Source: a virus (lineage: Duplodnaviria > Caudoviricetes). Taken from it: a stretch of DNA of 64,000 nucleotides. The notes beneath the pieces were generated by a model. The model was given only the letters and a program-made list of their open reading frames with translations. It had not been told where the DNA came from and ran no database searches. Position numbers and translations under genes: made by a program. Positions within the stretch are counted from its first letter, which is position 1. Each line of letters opens with the position of its first letter. The stretch is taken from the IMG/VR virus record IMGVR_UViG_3300042870_001240. One strand, 5' to 3'. Below, in pieces: positions 58,979 through 64,000 of the stretch.

Positions 58979-59587
58979 GTGAAAATAAGTCTCAACTACC
59001 ATAGTAGCGTATCTTGAGATGTATCTATTAATATTCTCAAGACTCTCTTCTTTACCTTGAGCTTCTAACGCTTTAATTGTTCCATTAATCATTTCTGATT
59101 GAGATTGGTCAGCTCTCTCTAAAACCTTTTCAGATACGTCCTCATCAATATCTTTGTATTTGAATTCGTGTTCAATTCTATCCTTACCCATATATAAGTA
59201 TGGTGCCGCTCCAAACATATTTGTAATACCTGATTCTCTAATGTCCATTAAATAACTTTTTAAAAACCTCATATTAAAGTGTTTAAAAATATCAATATTT
59301 TTTAAGAATACTCTATTTTGGTCGTCAATTTCTGTAATACTTTTTTTAGTAATTACTCTCTCCTTAACAGGATTAGATTTTTTTTTATCTTTAGGAGTGT
59401 CCCATAAATCAATACTTGATATTAACGCTAATTTACTACCACCATCCCAAGATACAGTATATTGGTCATCACCGAATACTTCTGAATGGGCAATTACGGT
59501 TCCTTGTTCTCCTGGTGATACGGAAGTTTCTCCATCCATATGAAGTAATACTACTCTATCACCGACATTTAATTTAGGGTTTATCAT
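58970..59587 (-). CDS. hypothetical protein with an SH3-like N-terminus
   Basis: GDRVVL...GEQGTV...V.WDGGS.LAL. Confidence 0.6.
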   Translation of the reverse strand: MINPKLNVGDRVVLLHMDGETSVSPGEQGTVIAHSEVFGDDQYTVSWDGGSKLALISSIDLWDTPKDKKKSNPVKERVITKKSITEIDDQNRVFLKNIDIFKHFNMRFLKSYLMDIRESGITNMFGAAPYLYMGKDRIEHEFKYKDIDEDVSEKVLERADQSQSEMINGTIKALEAQGKEESLENINRYISRYATMVVETYFHLF

Positions 59588-59637
59588 TTTTTCACTATTG
59601 TTATGACAATAAATATAAACAAAGTATTTATTATCAT

Positions 59638-60270
59638 ATGAGTGTTACCATTTTAATTACCGAAGAACAAAAAAGAAAATTATTATCCGAATCATCTGGT
59701 GATGGTCTTGGGGACATTATTAAACAAAATTACAAATTTGCGGAAAAAATTATTAAAGATTCTTCACAACAAATTGGTATTAATCTAGAATTTTTAATTA
59801 CTTGGGGAGCAACTATTGGTGGTTTTGTTGGCCCGTTGGAAGATTTTCTTGCAAATAGACATCCTGAACTTTCAGACCTTGAGATTAGTTTAATCTTGAT
59901 GGGCGTTATTGCGACCTACTATATTGATAATAAAATATTTGTAACTAAAATACACAATAAAATAAAAGAAGAAGGGTTAATAAAACCGTTTAAAACAGTT
60001 CTAACAAAAAGTGAAGAACTAAAAGAAGTTTTTTTAGATTTTATTAGTAGTTTAGGGATTACTCTTCATAAGGTGACTAACATCATGAGTTACACTTTTA
60101 TTATTCCACTAATCCCAATGATTTATAATTTATCCAAAGGGTCTCCTGATTCGGTTGAGCCATCACATATTGCACAACGATTATTTGGTTTTGGACTTCT
60201 AACTATTTCAGGAATAATTTTAAAAGAATTAATCAATAAGTTGATTAAACGGTTCCGAAGTAAAAGTTAA
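59638..60270 (+). CDS. putative membrane-associated virion protein
   Basis: ITEEQKRKLLSES leader plus hydrophobic helices; TATTTAT at 59625-59631. Confidence 0.55.
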   Translation: MSVTILITEEQKRKLLSESSGDGLGDIIKQNYKFAEKIIKDSSQQIGINLEFLITWGATIGGFVGPLEDFLANRHPELSDLEISLILMGVIATYYIDNKIFVTKIHNKIKEEGLIKPFKTVLTKSEELKEVFLDFISSLGITLHKVTNIMSYTFIIPLIPMIYNLSKGSPDSVEPSHIAQRLFGFGLLTISGIILKELINKLIKRFRSKS

Positions 60271-61241
60271 GGTTTTTTATACTTCAACAATTTATTAATA
60301 ACGATTTTTTGTTCCTTATCATTTAACTGGTGAATTTCTCCATGAGTTTTAAACCAATTTCTAACAACCGTTTCAAACGGCACTTTTCGTAGTCTTGAAA
60401 GTCGTTTAAAACCTGCGACTTGGGCAGGAATCTCATGAGCCTGTAAGTAATATTTTAATGGGACAGTTTCTTCTTCATCATCATCATCAAATTCTCCACG
60501 ATATTCTTGTAATGAATGTTCCAACTCATGAGCCAACACCTCATTCAATTCACCAATTATCTCATATAATGACGTTTTTAAATCTGATGGATTATACACA
60601 ATACTAATTTCAATAGTGTCGTCCTCTGGCGAATATTCAGCATTTAATTTATATCCATCAAAACTATCGTCATGACTAACATATAGGTCAACAGAAAATT
60701 CAACAGGGAACCTATCGAATTCATACCCACCACCATAATCATTGTCGGGTAAGGTGTAATCACCTTCCTCTTCGGTTTTTAAAATCTTTACAATGTCTTT
60801 AACAACATTTCTAATCGCATATCTTGTCATTTTTTGTTCTTGTATATTTTCTTTTTCAGGTAATTCTATATTAATTTTACCAATATGAATTTTAATATTA
60901 GGGTCAAAGTTAATCAAAATATTTCTAATATCTCCAAGTATTTGTTGTTTAAAGAAAAATAAATTATTGTCAAAAAAACTCTTCCAAAACTCTTGTTCTT
61001 TCGTATCATTAGAACTAAATATTAGTTGACTTAACTTATCTCTAAAATTAAATATTGTTAAGGAGATGTTGATATAATCATAATACTGTCCAACACTAAT
61101 CCTTTTTGTATACCCAATGATTTCAAATTTATAATCTAAATCCACAATTGTTATGGTGTTAAAAATCATAAGTCCTTGGTAGTTAAAGGTCTTATTCTCT
61201 AAAAACTTATTAAGTCTATTAATCTCTTGGTTGGTTAACAT
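60267..61241 (-). CDS. HExxH zinc-metallopeptidase-like protein
   Basis: LAHELEHSLQ...YYLQAHEIPA. Confidence 0.55.
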   Translation of the reverse strand: MLTNQEINRLNKFLENKTFNYQGLMIFNTITIVDLDYKFEIIGYTKRISVGQYYDYINISLTIFNFRDKLSQLIFSSNDTKEQEFWKSFFDNNLFFFKQQILGDIRNILINFDPNIKIHIGKINIELPEKENIQEQKMTRYAIRNVVKDIVKILKTEEEGDYTLPDNDYGGGYEFDRFPVEFSVDLYVSHDDSFDGYKLNAEYSPEDDTIEISIVYNPSDLKTSLYEIIGELNEVLAHELEHSLQEYRGEFDDDDEEETVPLKYYLQAHEIPAQVAGFKRLSRLRKVPFETVVRNWFKTHGEIHQLNDKEQKIVINKLLKYKKP

Positions 61242-61294
61242 TATTATAAATATATTTAGTTGTCTTTAATGTTCGTTTTTACTATACTTTAATT

Positions 61295-61714
61295 ATGGAA
61301 TTATTAAACACTCACCCAATCAAAAAATCCGACTTAGGGTTTCATGGTAACCTATTTGGGGGTAAGTTATTAGCTTGGATTGATGCTGCTGCGGCAGGAT
61401 ACTCAATGCAACTATGTGATTCGCCAAGAATGGTTACCGTCTCAATTGATAAATGTAACTTTGAGAAACCCGCAAGGGAAAGTCAATTATTAAAAATTTA
61501 TGGGTTCCCAACGGAAGTTGGTAATACATCAGTTACCCTTTATATGGAGGCACGAGCTCACAATGTGTATACAGGTAAACAAATATTAGTTCTAAAAACA
61601 CATATTAAATTTGTCCATATTGATGAAGAAGGTAACCCAATTCCAATCGGAGAAAAAGGTAAAAATAGAATTAATCAATTAATTGAATTAAATACAATAA
61701 AAAATGATGAATAA
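61295..61714 (+). CDS. acyl-CoA thioesterase (hotdog fold)
   Basis: DLGFHGNLFGGKLLAWID...VTVSIDKCNFEKP. Confidence 0.85.
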   Translation: MELLNTHPIKKSDLGFHGNLFGGKLLAWIDAAAAGYSMQLCDSPRMVTVSIDKCNFEKPARESQLLKIYGFPTEVGNTSVTLYMEARAHNVYTGKQILVLKTHIKFVHIDEEGNPIPIGEKGKNRINQLIELNTIKNDE

Positions 61715-62729
61715 AAAATTTGACTTCAAAGACATTACGTTAGTTCCTGAAACTATCTCCTCAATCAATAGTCGTTCACAAATTGACATTTTTACCGAGG
61801 ACAATAAATTACCAATTTTTGTATCCCCGATGGACACTGTAGTTGATGATGAAAATTACAATTTATTCTTAGATAAAAAATTGGAGGTCTGTTTACCTAG
61901 ATTTCAACACGGTAATAATACATTTTCGTCAATTTCATTAGATGAATTTGAATATGTGCTTGAATGGTATGGTAACGATGAATCAGACGAGGAGATTAAT
62001 ATTCTCGTAGATATCGCAAATGGTCATATGGTAAAATTATATGACCTATGTAAAAAGTTTTGTGAAATTAGAACAAATCCAAAACATAGACTAATTGTTG
62101 GTAATATCGCAAACCCAAAAACCTATGAAAAGTTTGCAAAACTTGGTGTTGATTTTATTCGTGTGGGTATTGGTGGTGGTAGTGGTTGTTTAACATCAGC
62201 AAATACAGGTGTTCATTACCCAATGGCGTCATTAATTAACGAGTGTTATCAAATCAAAAAAAACGGTGGATATACGACTAAGATTATTGCTGATGGTGGG
62301 TTCAGAAATTATGACGATATTATTAAAGCGTTAGCTCTTGGTGCGGATTATGTTATGTTAGGTGGAGTATTAAACAAAACATTAGAGTCTTGTTCTCCAA
62401 CTAAATTATTCAAATTGATTACATTGTCTGATGAGCGTTCTTCATATCTTTGGAAAACCTTCCCAAAAACTAGGAAGTATTTTTATAAAGAATTTAGAGG
62501 AATGAGCACTAAGGAAGTCCAAAGAAAATGGGGTAAAAAGAACCTAACAACGTCTGAAGGAATTGTTAAATATAATCAGGTGGAATATACTTTAGGGTCT
62601 TGGATTGACAACTTTAAGGATTATTTAAAGTCAGCAATGTCCTACACAAATTCATCTACTCTTGAGGAGTTTAAAGACTCTGAATTTATTTTCATAACTG
62701 AGAACGCATTAAAAAGATTTAATAAATAA
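61704..62729 (+). CDS. guaC: GMP reductase (IMPDH/GMPR family)
   Basis: VSPMDTV, VDIANGH, VGNIA, GIGGGSGCLT, IIADGG, GADYVMLG, FRGMS. Confidence 0.75.
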   Translation: MMNKKFDFKDITLVPETISSINSRSQIDIFTEDNKLPIFVSPMDTVVDDENYNLFLDKKLEVCLPRFQHGNNTFSSISLDEFEYVLEWYGNDESDEEINILVDIANGHMVKLYDLCKKFCEIRTNPKHRLIVGNIANPKTYEKFAKLGVDFIRVGIGGGSGCLTSANTGVHYPMASLINECYQIKKNGGYTTKIIADGGFRNYDDIIKALALGADYVMLGGVLNKTLESCSPTKLFKLITLSDERSSYLWKTFPKTRKYFYKEFRGMSTKEVQRKWGKKNLTTSEGIVKYNQVEYTLGSWIDNFKDYLKSAMSYTNSSTLEEFKDSEFIFITENALKRFNK

Positions 62730-62879
62730 CTAACATATTTAATCTTGTGAAAAATTATTCTAAAATATTATATGACATATATGTCAGAGTCTATTTAACT
62801 ACAATTAAAGTTACCGAAATACTTAAAATTTTCCTATAATTCACTATCTATTACCATTATAATCCCTTATCTTTGTTGT

Positions 62880-63299
62880 ATGAAAAAAATACTGTATATT
62901 GTTAGAGGGATTCCGGGTTCAGGAAAATCAACTTTTGCCGAAAAATTAGTTGGTGAAGACTTTTTAGTTTGTGAGGCGGACAAATATTTTATTGATAAAG
63001 AAACGGGTGAATATAAATTTGACGTTTCTAAAATCAAAAATGCTCATAAATTCTGTCAAGATAGGGTGGAAACCTATATGAAAGATTCATTATTGAATGA
63101 CCAATTTTATCGAGAAATCGCGGTATCTAATACGTTCACACAAGAGTGGGAAATGGAAATCTATTTCAAATTAGCGAAACAATATGATTATACTGTTTTT
63201 ACGGTGATTGTCGAAAATCGTCATGGTGGGGTAAATCAACACGGAGTTCCTGAAGATAAGATTCAATTAATGAAAGATAGGTTTGAAATAAAATTATAA
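62880..63299 (+). CDS. P-loop kinase (polynucleotide-kinase-like)
   Basis: RGIPGSGKST, EAD.YF, VSNTF..WE, HGVP. Confidence 0.8.
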   Translation: MKKILYIVRGIPGSGKSTFAEKLVGEDFLVCEADKYFIDKETGEYKFDVSKIKNAHKFCQDRVETYMKDSLLNDQFYREIAVSNTFTQEWEMEIYFKLAKQYDYTVFTVIVENRHGGVNQHGVPEDKIQLMKDRFEIKL

Positions 63300-63303
63300 A
63301 GAC

Positions 63304-63510
63304 ATGGAAAAATCATCAAAAATATTATGGTTGATACTATTAGTGTCAAGAATCTATATTACATATAAATTAATTACTTTATTGTATTTAACCCAATTAA
63401 ATCCTGTTGAATATCCGATGGATAAATTAACTTGGTGGGGTTATTTATTGTTATTTGATATTTGGTTACAACTCGTGTTACCACCAATGGAAAAGAATAA
63501 AGAAGATTAA
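63304..63510 (+). CDS. small membrane protein
   Basis: Two hydrophobic segments. Confidence 0.55.
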   Translation: MEKSSKILWLILLVSRIYITYKLITLLYLTQLNPVEYPMDKLTWWGYLLLFDIWLQLVLPPMEKNKED

Positions 63511-63622
63511 TTTTTTTTATAACCCCATCGAAAAACCCACAAATCTTTACTTTATGGGATGTAAGATAAATTCAGATGAATAATTCAGAATAAATGAATA
63601 TTTATAAATAAAGAAATTTCAA

Positions 63623-64000
63623 ATGAAAAAAATTACTATAGACGAGCAAAAACTTCGTAAAATAATTAGACAACATATTTTAGAAGAACAACGCATCGAA
63701 CCTAAAAAAGACGGTGAACAAAAACAAAGATGTGTTCCTGAGAATGTTATCCCATTAGACCATATTGTTGGTCCTTCTAAGAACTTTAAAAACTACACTT
63801 CAAGTCTCTATAAAAGAGACGGTGGAATTAACGGTATGGTCGATACTTTAGATATGTTAAAAACATTAAGACTTCATGACGTTAATGATGGTGGAGAACA
63901 TTTATCATATAACCTAATGAACCATATCAACGGTTTTAGAAATAAGAATTATCATGATGAGACAAACAACGAATGTATTAAAGCAATGGATAAGGTAATT
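63623..64000 (+). CDS. putative internal head protein (3' partial, not in ORF track)
   Basis: MKKITIDEQKLRKIIRQHILEEQ...; open to the window end; TATTTAT at 63599-63605. Confidence 0.7.
   Translation, partial: MKKITIDEQKLRKIIRQHILEEQRIEPKKDGEQKQRCVPENVIPLDHIVGPSKNFKNYTSSLYKRDGGINGMVDTLDMLKTLRLHDVNDGGEHLSYNLMNHINGFRNKNYHDETNNECIKAMDKVI

Noticed and set aside
1-64000. Stop-codon recoding (alternative genetic code)
   Set aside because: Core genes are full length in code 11, coding density is high and no suppressor tRNA was seen
1-64000. CRISPR array
   Set aside because: No regularly spaced repeat-spacer series; the repeats found are in-frame coding repeats or two-copy units
1-64000. Prophage or host chromosome origin for clpC, purA, guaC and rpsU
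   Set aside because: These genes are interspersed with T4-like head genes and share phage promoter motifs; no integrase or host operon context

Overview
AT-rich, densely coding window from a large T4-like (myovirus-type) phage genome. The host is most likely Bacteroidetes (Flavobacteriia-like): TTTG-N19/20-TAnnTTTG promoters, A-rich leaders without Shine-Dalgarno sequences and a Bacteroidetes-type bS21. The window holds PhoH, glycosyltransferases, a gp55-like sigma factor and baseplate/tail genes, then the head module (major capsid protein, scaffold, prohead protease, bS21 on the opposite strand, portal, large terminase). It continues with ClpC, peptidases, a lysis-like module, RNA-repair enzymes, purA and guaC. 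The most striking feature is an RNA-rich island at about 35.6-48.8 kb: a tmRNA with a non-canonical tag, two tRNAs, an aberrant tRNA-like element, an ~860-nt GOLLD-like RNA, two further large structured RNAs (~460 and ~380 nt) and several small structured elements. Some of these sit behind rRNA-operon-like promoter/hairpin/boxA modules. All calls come from reading motifs by eye; no database searches or folding programs were run.
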